Assembly: GCA_001643675.2 (NCBI GenBank) | Contig: LSRY02000012.1 | Location: 744,001-808,000, forward strand | Origin: Monocercomonoides exilis PA203 | Taxonomy: Eukaryota; Protista; Preaxostyla | Reading direction: 5' to 3' | DNA: 64,000 nucleotides | Shown: piece by piece, positions 24,416 to 35,626 of the stretch | How the letters are laid out: every line of letters starts with the position of its first letter | Numbering within the stretch: the stretch's first letter is position 1 | Made by a program: the position numbers and the translations under genes | Notes under the pieces: model-generated | Seen by the model: only the letters and a program-made list of their open reading frames with translations | Told to the model about the DNA's origin: nothing | Database searches by the model: none

Positions 24416-27400
24416 TCATCCAAAAAAACTGTGTCCAATGGAATGCGCTTGAACAATACACAATTCACATCCATCATCATATCCCTTTCTTCCACATTCT
24501 GTGTGTGCTCTCCACAACTTTCTTAACTCCACAACCGCACTCTCTCCATTCTTTATCTTCTCTCCCACAGTCTCTGCCTCATATTCCCCAAACGGAACAT
24601 TCAGAGTCAAGCACTCCCAGAGCATCATCCCTATTGAAAACGCAACTGTTTTCTTTGTGGCATGCTTCTTGATCCCATTCAGCAGCTCTGGTGCCTTCCA
24701 CCGCAAACATTCATATCGATTGTCTTCATCATCCTCAAACGCAGATGAAGGTGGCGGCGAGTCTCTTCCTCTCCTGCTCATCAATGAAATGTCAGAGGAA
24801 GAGGTGATAATGGTTGATGAAGAGATTGATGAAGAATCAGAGTCATCGGATGAAGAAGAGCAATCTGAGTGCATTGCAACTGTGATAATCATCTGCTCTG
24901 AGAACAGCACAATGTGTGGACTCAGATTAGCCAATGATTGAAGTGGATTTTCCATCTCATCAAACGAGTGGAGTGCTCCATGCACCACCCAGAACAGCAG
25001 ATGGGCCCCTGTCACTTCCCGCTCCACCAGTGTCCCAATCGCCATCTCTTTTTTCTCATTTCTTCCATGCAAAAGCATGAACAGTGAATCCCTCAGATCC
25101 ACAATCAGTTTCTCATGAGGCGATGAGCAGGCCATTGCATCCACCAGATTCGACATTGATGATGTGGTTGGGCACAGATCCTCACCACGAACAAATGTTG
25201 ATTCTGCGTCTGAAGTGTCTGTGGTTGAGGTGGATGAAATGGATGGTGATGGTGTTCTCTTCCTCGATATATCATCTTCTTCCTCCTCGTCTTTCCACAA
25301 TGCCCAATCAGGAATCTTATCTGAATCGCGTCCAAGGATATTTCCAGTGGAGCCACTCTCACTCAGCAAATGTTCAGATGATTCTGAATGGCCCAAGTTT
25401 TTATCATTCACTCTTTTCTTTATTCTTTCTTCATTTTTCTTCTCTGCCTCTCTTTCTGCTCTTCTCCATTGTTCCTCTGGAGACATCACCATCGTCACCA
25501 TCTCAAAGGCCTTCGGATCCTTCTTCACTGATTCATTCACAATCTCTTCCAGTTCTTCTGTTCTTCTCTTTTGCTTTCTCCGTCGAACAACAAACATAAT
25601 AAATCCAATCAGAACAATAAACAATGTCACAACTTGCACTATAACAACCAACAGCCATATCGATTTCCCTTCTTTTCCTCCTTCAACAATCCTTTCATTC
25701 TTATTTGTTTTTGTTTCATTTGCATTCTTCAGAATGAATGAATTTGTTGACGAAGGAGATTCTGCATTCCCAAACAAAACATGCACGCTCACCTCTATTT
25801 CATTTCCACAATTGCTGATGAGATCTTTTCCCACACTTCCCTCAACTTCTCTTTCCGATAAAAACCCATATGTATCAAAATCATAATTTTTAACCTCTTT
25901 CTTTTCTCCTTTTCTCTTTACAACTCTGAATGACAGATTGCATGGAACAAAAAGCAATCCTTTGAATGTCAGCTTCATTCGATCTGTCTCTTCTTTTGCT
26001 TCCACACTCTCCAACACAGGAATAAAGAATGGAGATGTCCTCTCAGAAATAATCCCTTCAAAACTGCACCCATCATTCAACATCCAAAGTGAAGTGTTTC
26101 TCTCCAATCCATCTCCTCCTTTCAAACTCATCACATTCAATGTTCCTGAATCTGAACATATGATATTTCTTCTCATCGATGGATATCCTTCAATTGATGG
26201 ATTGTTATTCATAAACTCTCCTTTCTCAATTATCACATTTCCCCCACTCATCGTAATACCACCTTCTAGTGAATTCGATAATGTTGTGTCTTTCATCATC
26301 ACAGAGCTATTCACAATATCAACAAGAGATCCATCCCACCTGCATATCTCTTCTTCTTCATTGAAAGTCTGTTCATTTCTTTCCTTTGAATTCCCATCAA
26401 AAATGCAACTGTCCATTTTCACATCTGTGCAATTCTCCAATTTCATCAATTTTCCTTTTGTAGTCTTTGAACTGACTCCACCTATTGTGCAATTTGCTAA
26501 CTGAATTGTCTTTTTCATTGACAGGCAAGATATTAATGATTCTTCATTTCCTTCAACTGTGATATTTTCTGAATGAAACTTTTTCATATTTAATTGCCCA
26601 CATTCATTAATATCCATCAGAGATTTTGAAACTGTTGAATTACAAATCGTTAATGAATCCATCACTGATGGAAGTGAAGATAAAAGATATAATGCAGATT
26701 TTTGAAGAATGAGATTTGACATTGTGCATTCCATAAGCTGCAATTCTCCTTCTGCCGTATTAATGATGTAAAATGGAATGTTTGCTAATTTTATACTTCC
26801 TTCTCCAGCCGATTGTTTTGAGTCAAATGAGCAATTTATAATCTCAAGAATTCCTCCTTCGGGTGACGTCAATGATTCATGTACAGAAGCGAAATTCGAA
26901 TCAAACACAAATTTCACTCTCACCAATGAGACTGTTCCGATTGTTGTTATTAATGCCTCTCTTGTTTTTTCAATCCCTGATTTCACTTCAACTTTGCATT
27001 TATCTCTGTTCTTTAAGCTCAAATTCATTTCCTTCAGATTTATTTCTCCTTCAATCACACCCACTTCAACAATGAACATTTGACTGATGAAATCTGAAGT
27101 CAGATGCGCAATTCCATGTTCAATCGAATAACAAGGAAATTCATCGCTCCCACATCCCAATGTGTCGTGTCCATCCTTTGAAACAGACACCTCCACCCAT
27201 TTCAGTTTTGAAAGAAACACTCGAAGATCCATTTCTTCATAAATCCCTTCTTTCCCAACAAATGCATTCCCATCATCCTTGTATTCCGTGCAATCAAATG
27301 CAAAACGCTCTGTCTTCACACTGTTCACCAGATTCCCACTCTTCACAAACATGTTCTTCCCAACTGTTGCTGAGCATCCAGAAAATGATATTGATGAGAG

Positions 27401-28060
27401 ATGAAATCCTCCTTCATTTGAACTGCAATCCAGGTATATCCCTCCTCCTTTTCCTCCCTCACTCATATTCTCGCAAATACATCCAATAAATGAACTATTT
27501 TCAAGTGTCATAAATCCTCCTTCACTCAACGCTATTTTCATTGCTCCTCCTTTTTTGCTCTTCTTCGATAATGCCCCTTCTATCTTGCTTCCATTCATCA
27601 TCATTTCAACTCCCACATTCCCTTCAAATACGGCTGCCTTTCCCTCTACTGCCACTCCACTGTCAATCTCCAATCCTTCCAGTGTGCAATTCAACAGTTT
27701 CACCTTGTATTCCTGTTCATTCATATTTGCTGAGGAAAGTGAAAATGAAAACAACGAGACAGATGATTTCGCATCTGAAATCGTGACAGAGTCCAGCTCA
27801 ACCATCTTTCCCATTGATTTGATCAAGAAAAATCCAATTGTGTTTTGCTTCCCTTCAATCACACTCATTGCGCAGTTCGACATGTGCAACTCTCCATTTC
27901 GAGTGCTCGATTCAATCACTGCTGAAATTGTCCTTTTAAAACTCGATGGAACAACAATCCCAAAGAAATTTATTTCTGTCAGCGATTCTGTTTTCAGAAT
28001 GCATTCTTCAGTTCCAATAAATATTTTCTTGCATTTTGCATTCTCTCTTATTTCAGAAGA
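24416..28060 (-). CDS. Cargo gene: 5'-truncated receptor-like protein (beta-helix-like ectodomain, single TM, pseudokinase C-lobe)
   Basis: GGKGGGIY and CGSDEFPC ectodomain motifs, TM IWLLVVIVQVVTLFIVLIGFIMFVV followed by RRRKQKRR, and kinase-like CLRWKAPELL / FSIGMMLWECLT..PF. The frame is open from about 28063 inside the TIR with no ATG before 27886. Confidence 0.8.
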   Translation of the reverse strand, partial: SSEIRENAKCKKIFIGTEECILKTESLTEINFFGIVVPSSFKRTISAVIESSTRNGELHMSNCAMSVIEGKQNTIGFFLIKSMGKMVELDSVTISDAKSSVSLFSFSLSSANMNEQEYKVKLLNCTLEGLEIDSGVAVEGKAAVFEGNVGVEMMMNGSKIEGALSKKSKKGGAMKIALSEGGFMTLENSSFIGCICENMSEGGKGGGIYLDCSSNEGGFHLSSISFSGCSATVGKNMFVKSGNLVNSVKTERFAFDCTEYKDDGNAFVGKEGIYEEMDLRVFLSKLKWVEVSVSKDGHDTLGCGSDEFPCYSIEHGIAHLTSDFISQMFIVEVGVIEGEINLKEMNLSLKNRDKCKVEVKSGIEKTREALITTIGTVSLVRVKFVFDSNFASVHESLTSPEGGILEIINCSFDSKQSAGEGSIKLANIPFYIINTAEGELQLMECTMSNLILQKSALYLLSSLPSVMDSLTICNSTVSKSLMDINECGQLNMKKFHSENITVEGNEESLISCLSMKKTIQLANCTIGGVSSKTTKGKLMKLENCTDVKMDSCIFDGNSKERNEQTFNEEEEICRWDGSLVDIVNSSVMMKDTTLSNSLEGGITMSGGNVIIEKGEFMNNNPSIEGYPSMRRNIICSDSGTLNVMSLKGGDGLERNTSLWMLNDGCSFEGIISERTSPFFIPVLESVEAKEETDRMKLTFKGLLFVPCNLSFRVVKRKGEKKEVKNYDFDTYGFLSEREVEGSVGKDLISNCGNEIEVSVHVLFGNAESPSSTNSFILKNANETKTNKNERIVEGGKEGKSIWLLVVIVQVVTLFIVLIGFIMFVVRRRKQKRRTEELEEIVNESVKKDPKAFEMVTMVMSPEEQWRRAEREAEKKNEERIKKRVNDKNLGHSESSEHLLSESGSTGNILGRDSDKIPDWALWKDEEEEDDISRKRTPSPSISSTSTTDTSDAESTFVRGEDLCPTTSSMSNLVDAMACSSPHEKLIVDLRDSLFMLLHGRNEKKEMAIGTLVEREVTGAHLLFWVVHGALHSFDEMENPLQSLANLSPHIVLFSEQMIITVAMHSDCSSSSDDSDSSSISSSTIITSSSDISLMSRRGRDSPPPSSAFEDDEDNRYECLRWKAPELLNGIKKHATKKTVAFSIGMMLWECLTLNVPFGEYEAETVGEKIKNGESAVVELRKLWRAHTECGRKGYDDGCELCIVQAHSIGHSFFG

Positions 28061-28708
28061 AAATTAATAAAAATATAATGAAAATCGTTAAAATATTCTA
28101 CAAATAAGTTAATTCATATGAAATTCAAACTTTGTTGGCCTCACCAGCGTTTCTTAATTCAAGATCATCACGGCATAACATTAATATCCTCAAACTGCAC
28201 AAAATTGATCAGCTTAAAAATCATAAACAAAATTCATTAAGGATAGAATGAAATTTTTATAATCTTTAATTGCACACTTTAATAATATTTCTAAACATTT
28301 GATTTGTCTCAGATTTACAAGCTGGGGTTCAATTCTTGACGAAAGAAACAAATTTCTTATTTTCTGGATATTTAAAATATAATTGTGGGATTGATCAAAA
28401 TATTTTAATTTTTTAATTTATTTTTTTAATGTTTTATTTTTTGAAAAATCATTAATATAATAAGAGTATATAATAATTAATAACGTATCATCTACTTTTT
28501 GTTTCAAAATTATCAATTTTTATTAAAATTTTGAAAAAAATACTCATATTTATGGGTCATTTTAAAAATTAGTTTTTTCTCAAGGATCAAAAAGAATTTC
28601 AAAATTCCAGTCCATACAAATGTTTTATTATTAATTCTACTTTTTATTTATCATAATGTTTAAAAGAATAATCAAGAATTGGAAAAGGACCTTAAATTCA
28701 CCTATGCC
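28016..28708 (-). repeat. Right TIR of the Merlin element (~693 bp)
   Basis: Ends CACCTATGCC and is followed by the TSD AGCAAAAC. Confidence 0.92.
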
Positions 28709-28716
28709 AGCAAAAC

Positions 28717-29850
28717 AACTGTTAAAAACATCGCAGGTTTTCTTGGATTATCGGAAACAATGGCCAGCAACAGCATTCGAGAGATCAGTCCATATTTGCT
28801 TTAAGTGTTGGACGAGATTTTCAAAAATCCGCTCAGAACTCCAAAGTTCATTTCCGAAGAATTTCCGTCTGTTTCCTTGCTTGTTGACGCAACCACTGTC
28901 AGATGTTCTGTTCCAGTTGGAGACTTTGATGATGCAAGGCAATTGTTTGATGGGAAACACAACTCTTACAGCATGAAAATAGAAGTCGCAGTATCAGCCT
29001 GGCCTCCATTCAAAGCGTTGTTTGTTTCGGACTCAGTTCCTGGTGGTGTTCATGACGTTACACTTTTCAAAAATGGCAAGCATTGGCATGTCGAATACCT
29101 TAAAAAACAGAAGAAAAAAAGCTTGGAAATTCAGTGTGCAATCAAAATGATAGTTGGTCAATAATGGCTGATAAGGGGTATCAAGGCCATTTCATTGATA
29201 TCAACGTAATAACTCCCATCAAAAGAATTCATAAAGCAAACAAAATTTTGAATGAAAAATAATTCCAACGTTCAGGATCTGAATCCGTTTATTCTCTCTC
29301 TTCAACACAGCTTTCTTCTTTCTCTTCGACTCAGCCTTCTTCACTCTCTTCTCAACCTTCATTTAAGTCTTTATCTGTTTCTCCATTATTATCTTTTCCA
29401 TCTGCTTCTTCATCTTCATCAATCTCTCCTCCAGCAGGCAATTTTTTCATCGTTCCTGCATCAGTTGCAACTTCTTCAACTCAATCAGAAACGTTATTCA
29501 CAAAAGCCGGGATAAGCGTTATGACTGCAAAGGAAGTGGAAATTTTCAATAAGAAAGTTGCAAAACATTGTACACCTGTAGAATGGTTTTTCAGTCGAAT
29601 GAAAAGATTGTGGTTCCGAATGTCAGAAAAAAACACAGGTCCACGAGAAGATTTTTCTGCTGATGTGAAGATCGCATGCAGGCTCACGAACATTGTGATC
29701 GATAACAACTCTTTAGAAGCTGATGATGGAATTTTTTTTAGAAAAGTTTCAGAATTGTCAAATAAAAAAGAAACGGAAAAAAAATTGATTCAAGAAAAAA
29801 ATGCAAGCGCAAGCATGGAAAGAAAAATAATAAGGAAAGCCTCCAAATAA
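28717..29850 (+). pseudogene. Harbinger/ISL2EU-type DDE transposase, 3' part
   Basis: LLVDAT, FDGKHNSYSMKIEV, SVPGGVHD, MADKGYQG and VEWFFSRMK motifs. In-frame stops and a frameshift near 29110-29160. Confidence 0.85.
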
Positions 29851-30082
29851 TATGAATTTGAATATTATTCGACAAATATCTGAAGATCATATCATAAAAG
29901 AGAAATGGTTTTTTTTTATGATAAATATTTTTTGCAAGTAATTTTTAACGTGTTTTTTTTCATTAACGATGTTTGTTTTTGAAAGCACATAAATTGTATG
30001 TTTTTGTGTAAAAATTTTCTTTCAATATTAACTATAAATCCATTCTTTTATGAAATTTTGATGAACGTTTGGATCTCGATAT

Positions 30083-30323
30083 GGGTCATTCTTTTTGAAA
30101 AGTCGCAAATGTTTGATTTCCAAATAAAAAAACTTTTTCATATTTTGCTCAAATTTTTGTTTCCACTCACAAATCTTCTTAAGAATGTGTGAAATAGCAT
30201 TATCAAGAAATAGATTCCATATTTAAGAAGTTTGATATTTGTTAAAAATTTATTAAGCAAAATATGAAAATTTTTGATTTATTTGAAAATTGAACATTTG
30301 TGACTTTTCAAAAAGAATCACCC
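30083..30323. mobile_element. MITE family B (GGGT...ACCC, 241 bp)
   Basis: Imperfect ~75-bp TIRs starting GGGTCATTCTTTTTGAAAAGTCGCAAATG. Perfect TSD ATAT. A homolog lies at 51385-51624. Confidence 0.85.
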
Positions 30324-31107
30324 ATATATCTTTGAATTACATAATTTTTTATTTGAAACACTTTCATTTAAAACCTTGATGAACAAGAATCACTTGACGA
30401 ACCTGTTTGAAGGATATATATATCTGTGACGTATTTTTTTAATTTAAATGATTTGTTTTTCATATCAGCCCTTTCGATGCACTTTTCTTCGAAGCATTTT
30501 TATAAGCTTGCTGAACCTCACATCGAATATTTTATTTAATTTAATAAAGGATAAAAGGTACTTGACAGCATTTTGTTTTTAAATAAACATGTTCATTTCT
30601 GAGACAAGAATTTGCATAATGATTAAAGGTGATCATTTTATTTTTAATTCATTTCTGATTTCTGCTTTCTGTTTCTATGAACACTTTTATCGTTGCCTAT
30701 GAAAGAGTTTTTTTTTCAATTATATGCTTTTATTGCAAAATATTTTTTATATTGATTCCTTTTGATGAAAAGAAATTAATATTTGACATTCTTTTCATTT
30801 AACAGTTATTGAATTGTTAAAAAAAGTTGCAAATTGAGATAACAACAAGATTATTGATTGTTGTTTCTAGAAAAGTTAATAACAACATATTTGTCATGAA
30901 GTTTGAAAAACAATTTATACTAGAATTATCTAATGAATATGAAAACAACTATTTTTACCAAAAAATTATGAAAAACTTACTTTTAAATTTGCAACAATTA
31001 AAACAAAAGTCAAAACAAAGTTTTCAAAAAATTCAATACTTCTACTAATTATTATAAATTTAAATGATCTTTTCTAATTCAAAATCTCATATTGATTTTT
31101 AATATTT

Positions 31108-31374
31108 GGGGGAAAATATGGACTTTCAAGCTTTTTATGCACAAAGCATGAAAAAATTGCTTCACTCATAACAATTTTTAACTTTCTCAGATTTCAAAAT
31201 AAATTATTGTTTCATATCCTTAAACAGGCATCGTGAAAATAATAACAGAAAGTTTGCCAACATTTCACGTATGGTTAAAATGGACCCATTTTTATTGTGT
31301 ATTTTGATCTCAAAAAGTCAATGAAAAGGACATAATTTTTCAATGAAAATACCTGAAGTGAAATATTTTTCCCC
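31108..31374 (+). mobile_element. MITE family A, copy 3
   Basis: GGGGG...CCCC termini with a perfect TSD, ATTT (31104-31107 and 31375-31378). Confidence 0.9.
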
Positions 31375-31981
31375 ATTTGGCCTTTTATTTGAATTAAGTG
31401 GTCTTTATTCAAATTAACATAGGGTTATTAAAAAACCTCTATTTATTCAAATGATCCGATTAAATCTGCGTTGTATCTAATGAAACATTATAAATTGTAA
31501 ATTTAAATTAAAAAAGGTGGATTTTGATTAAATAAGTCAATTTACTTTTTCAAAAGGTTAAAAAAATATTTCGATTAAATATTCAAAGTAAAGGCAGCTT
31601 CCGTTATAATCGAATTCGGTTATAATCACAAAAAATTGCACAAATAGGATTGTAATTATTACAAAGCTTTTCTGTATATTCATTTCAGAATAGTACTTAA
31701 AAGATAAATCCTAACCCAAATAATGTATGGACAAAATATAAAATGAATGTTTTTTCCTATCTTAACTTGAAATGTTCGATAAAACCCAATTCTCTAATCA
31801 ATATAAAAATATTTTTATTTTGTTATCACTTTTAAAAATTTTCACTAACGAAAAAAAGTTCACAAAAAATAATTGAAAATAGAAAAACTTTCAACCAAAA
31901 TCGAAAAATTATAACTATAAATGGAAATTATTTTCAAAAAAGAAAATGTCAATGAAAGAGAATATAAAAGAAGAAAAATAT

Positions 31982-32235
31982 GGGTTATCCTTTTTGAAAA
32001 GTTCAAAATTATCAATATCTGGGTTTAATGAAAATTGTTATTATTTGATCATTTTTTGCAATATATTCACCAAACTTCTATGCAACTGACATATTTTCAC
32101 ATCAAATAGGAGTGCGTTTTTTTATTTGTAAAATTTTAAAGTCTAAAGAAAAAATTGCAAAAAACGATTTAATAATGACAATTTTTATAAAACTCAATTA
32201 TTTAACATTTGCGACTTTTCAAAAATAACAATCCT
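31982..32235. mobile_element. Degenerate MITE related to family B
   Basis: ATAT-GGGTTATCCTTTTTGAAAAGT...GCGACTTTTCAAAAATAACAATCC, about 250 bp. Confidence 0.55.
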
Positions 32236-32337
32236 TATTTTTATTTTATTTTTGTAAATAACCTTTTCTTAATTTTATGCAGTTGTTTTTGATAATTTTT
32301 AAACTATCAAACAAAAATAAATTCAAAATAATATTTG

Positions 32338-32413
32338 AAACAAAACAAAACAAAACAAACAAAACAAACAAAACAAACAAAACAAACAAAACAAACAAAA
32401 CAAACAAAACAAA
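32338..32413. repeat. (AAAAC/AAAC)n microsatellite
   Basis: Tandem CAAAA and CAAAACAAA units read directly. Confidence 0.9.
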
Positions 32414-33546
32414 ATAAAATAAAAAGAAAAGAAAAGGTTCATGTGTTATTCTTATTTAAATATTGACGCATATGTTTTGAATGCAGATTCAAAGAAATTT
32501 AGCATTTTTTTCAAGTTTTCGTTCATTTGTTTTGCCTTATTTGATAAGGATGATAAACATTGAATATTGGATAATTTTTGTGAGCAAAATAGATTTTCGA
32601 GAAATAATAGATTGAACGAATAAAAAAATTCCGGAAAATAATGTCAAAATTCAATTATCCAAAAATTTTAGCACTTGCGACATTTCGTAAAAAAAATCAC
32701 ACAAATATCGATTAGAGAATATTTGAATCTAAACCATAAAAATTATTGTTTATGTTTATGCCCATTTTGAATACCATTTTCAGTTAATCACTTTTGAATC
32801 TTGAAATACAAAAATAGAACAATATTTTCTTGTTCAAATAAAAACTTTGATCCATCGAAAATTTGTTCATCAATATTTAATAAAACGAAGTGGTTCATTA
32901 TTAAAAAATAACTTTAAGCGAAAAAAAGAAAATTTTTAAAACAAAACAACACTCAAAAATATCAAACCAAAAAAAAAAAAACTCAAACTTCCACGTGCTA
33001 GTCTTTTATCAGAAAACAAACAAAACAAATTCAAGATCGTTTTCAAATATTTACCATTAAAAAATAACAAAAATGGAAGATGACATTTTTGAAAATGTCT
33101 TCAGAATTAGTTTTCATTCAAAAAAACTCATTGAAAATAGAAAATTTTGGTCCTGATAATGAAATTGGATTAGAAAATTTTCAAACACTTCTGAATGTGA
33201 TTTGAACAAACAAAGAAAAAAGAATTGAAACTTTCAGGTGATAGGTGATTATTTTTGAAATCATAACTTTATTCATGGAATGCGTATTCTTTAGGTTTTT
33301 GTTACTGGTGAAAAAATCGAAATTCAAATCATGAATGGAATTTGATTATTTGAAAAGCAAAGCGAGATACAAGAAAGTCACAGAGGAATTATTTAATAGA
33401 TCAAAGACTTTTCATAGTTCTTTAATGAATATTCAAAACTTAAAATCAAACAAACTTATTGATGGAAATTGTGTGTTTTCAAAAATAACCACCCAGACAT
33501 TCAAACAAATAAATGGATGAACGAACAATTAATTAAATTCTTATTT

Positions 33547-33547
<1 letters not shown>

Positions 33548-33584
<37 letters not shown>
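33548..33584. repeat. Poly(A) tract (37 nt)
   Basis: Read directly. Confidence 0.9.
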
Positions 33585-33590
<6 letters not shown>

Positions 33591-34304
33591 TTTTTATAAT
33601 GAATGTTAATATGATAGATTAAAATAATTCATGTGTAGTAAAAAATTGCATCTGTGAAGGTGCATGTGCATAATAACTGAATTTTTATTTTTGTAATGTT
33701 CAAGAAGATGAATTTTCTGAGAACGACTTTGAAAAACAAAAAGAGAAAATTTGAAAAGTTCAAATAGGAGCTGATTTTGTAAGTTATCATTCTTTTGTTT
33801 GAGATTCATCAGGATTTAAATCTCTGTATAAAAAAATATATTTTGATAAATGAAAAATAATTAAAGAGCACCTATGTTTTATGCATTCAGCTAATGAAGC
33901 TAAAATGATGGAATATTTTTTTGAATATATAATTGACAGAAATTTTTCGATCAAGTCTCGAACAAGAGTTTGATTTTCAAAAGAATCAGATAAGTTGTTT
34001 TTTTTCTTCGTTTCTTCAAAATGAAGTTGAATGTCAAAAAATACAAATATTAATAAAAATTTCAAATGAAGTTGTTTTCAATTTTGTGAAATGATACAAA
34101 AAGAAAAACAATAAATGAGAACTACAAAATGAAATGAATTTCCTTATCTCAAACATTTACATTATCAGTTGATAATTTATCAGACAATCCAACAAAAATT
34201 ATCGATAGAAAAAGGCTGCAAACAATCGTTTGCCAATGAAGGAAATTATTCATAAAGAAAAATTGAAATTATGAAAAACAGAATTATCGCAGAATTTCAT
34301 TTCC

Positions 34305-35626
34305 TCAAACATTTACAAAATAATCTTCAAAACATTCTGATATGACAATAAGAAAATGCTTGTTAAAAAATGGAAGCACAACACTGAAGCTTGTGACGAT
34401 ATCTTCATATCCTTCTTCTTCTATTTTATCAAACATTTTCCTTTTGGTTGCCTTTCTTTCAGTCTCTTCAGTTTCATTGTCCTCCTTTTCATTCAACCTC
34501 CCGGAAAGATTCAGAAACAATTTCAAGCAGTTATATGAAATGCTGTCTTCCAAAGTTGATTGGCAGACTTCCTTCAAAATCAGATCAACGACTCCACTTT
34601 TCATCAATCCTTCAATATTCACATCAGCTCTTCCTGACATTCTTTCGAAAACTCCAATTCCTGTTGAACATATATCCTTTCTGCATTCATTTGCTAATCT
34701 GTAAAGCCGAACAAGAAAAGAAATCAATGACCCATAATCTTTTTCTTCAATGTCACTCCCGCTAAAGAAATCAAAAAGATTACTATGCCATTTCTTTATC
34801 ATTTCTGATGCTGTTGGTTCCTTTGCAGTCTTTTCATTTTCCTTTTTCTTCCAATCCACGTAATGCGATAGTTCTTCCAATTCTCTCTCCGCCTCTCTCA
34901 AAAAATGCAGCTCGTTCATAACAACGCTTTCCATGCTTCTGTCTGCATAAAATCTATTTATCAAGAAATTCCAGGATAATTGATAGGCAAGTCGTGACAT
35001 GTTTCGATGCTTTTGATGATATGTAATAATCTCTTTTATCTCTTCTAAATAAATTTCTTTATCTAAATTCTGCATTAAAATTTGCCAATCGTAAATAAAT
35101 AAAGCAAAATTATTCTAAAATAAGACAACCACACCATCAAATATGCAACGTTGCATAATGCCATCAAAGAAATTTCTGCTTCTTTTTGAGTTTCTTCACT
35201 TTCTTCCTTGATAAAAGCAGCTTTTAAAAGGCAAGGCACAGTGATGGAATACAATTCTTTTTTATCTTTGAAATCATTAAGCAAATGATAACATTCGCAA
35301 AGCCCAATTAACAGCTCCTCGTTCTTTTTTTCCTTCTTATCTTCCTCAAAAATCATCGTCACAAATATATAATACAATAAAGTCCGTCTGAAACATGTAA
35401 CAAAAATTTTGTTCAACGTTTTACAAAGTCCCATTCGCTTCAATAACAAAATGGCATTTTCCATCAAAATTTTTTTCTCATAAATCATTTTGCCAATCTT
35501 CTCAAACATTCCAATTGACAGAACAACTTTTAAATCTTCTTCATTCAACCGCTCAATTGACTCATTCATTTCTTCTATTTTTTGTTTTTGTGTTTCTTCT
35601 TTGCAATGTTCCAATTCAGAAAACAA
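34305..35626 (-). CDS. Lineage-expanded helical/ARM-like hypothetical protein (FSELEHC family), spliced
   Basis: Two ORFs join in frame through a GT-AG intron at 35070-35134 (YLM|NLDKE). Further short 5' exon(s) are likely at about 35710-35800. Confidence 0.8.

Larger units (their letters stand above)
18791..28708. mobile_element. Giant cargo-carrying Merlin (IS1595/IS1016-like) DNA transposon, 9918 bp
   Basis: TIRs 18791-19482 and 28016-28708 begin GGCATAGGTG. Perfect 8-bp TSD AGCAAAAC (18783-18790 and 28709-28716). Internal ISXO2-like transposase. The interrupted target gene can be restored in frame. Confidence 0.9.
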
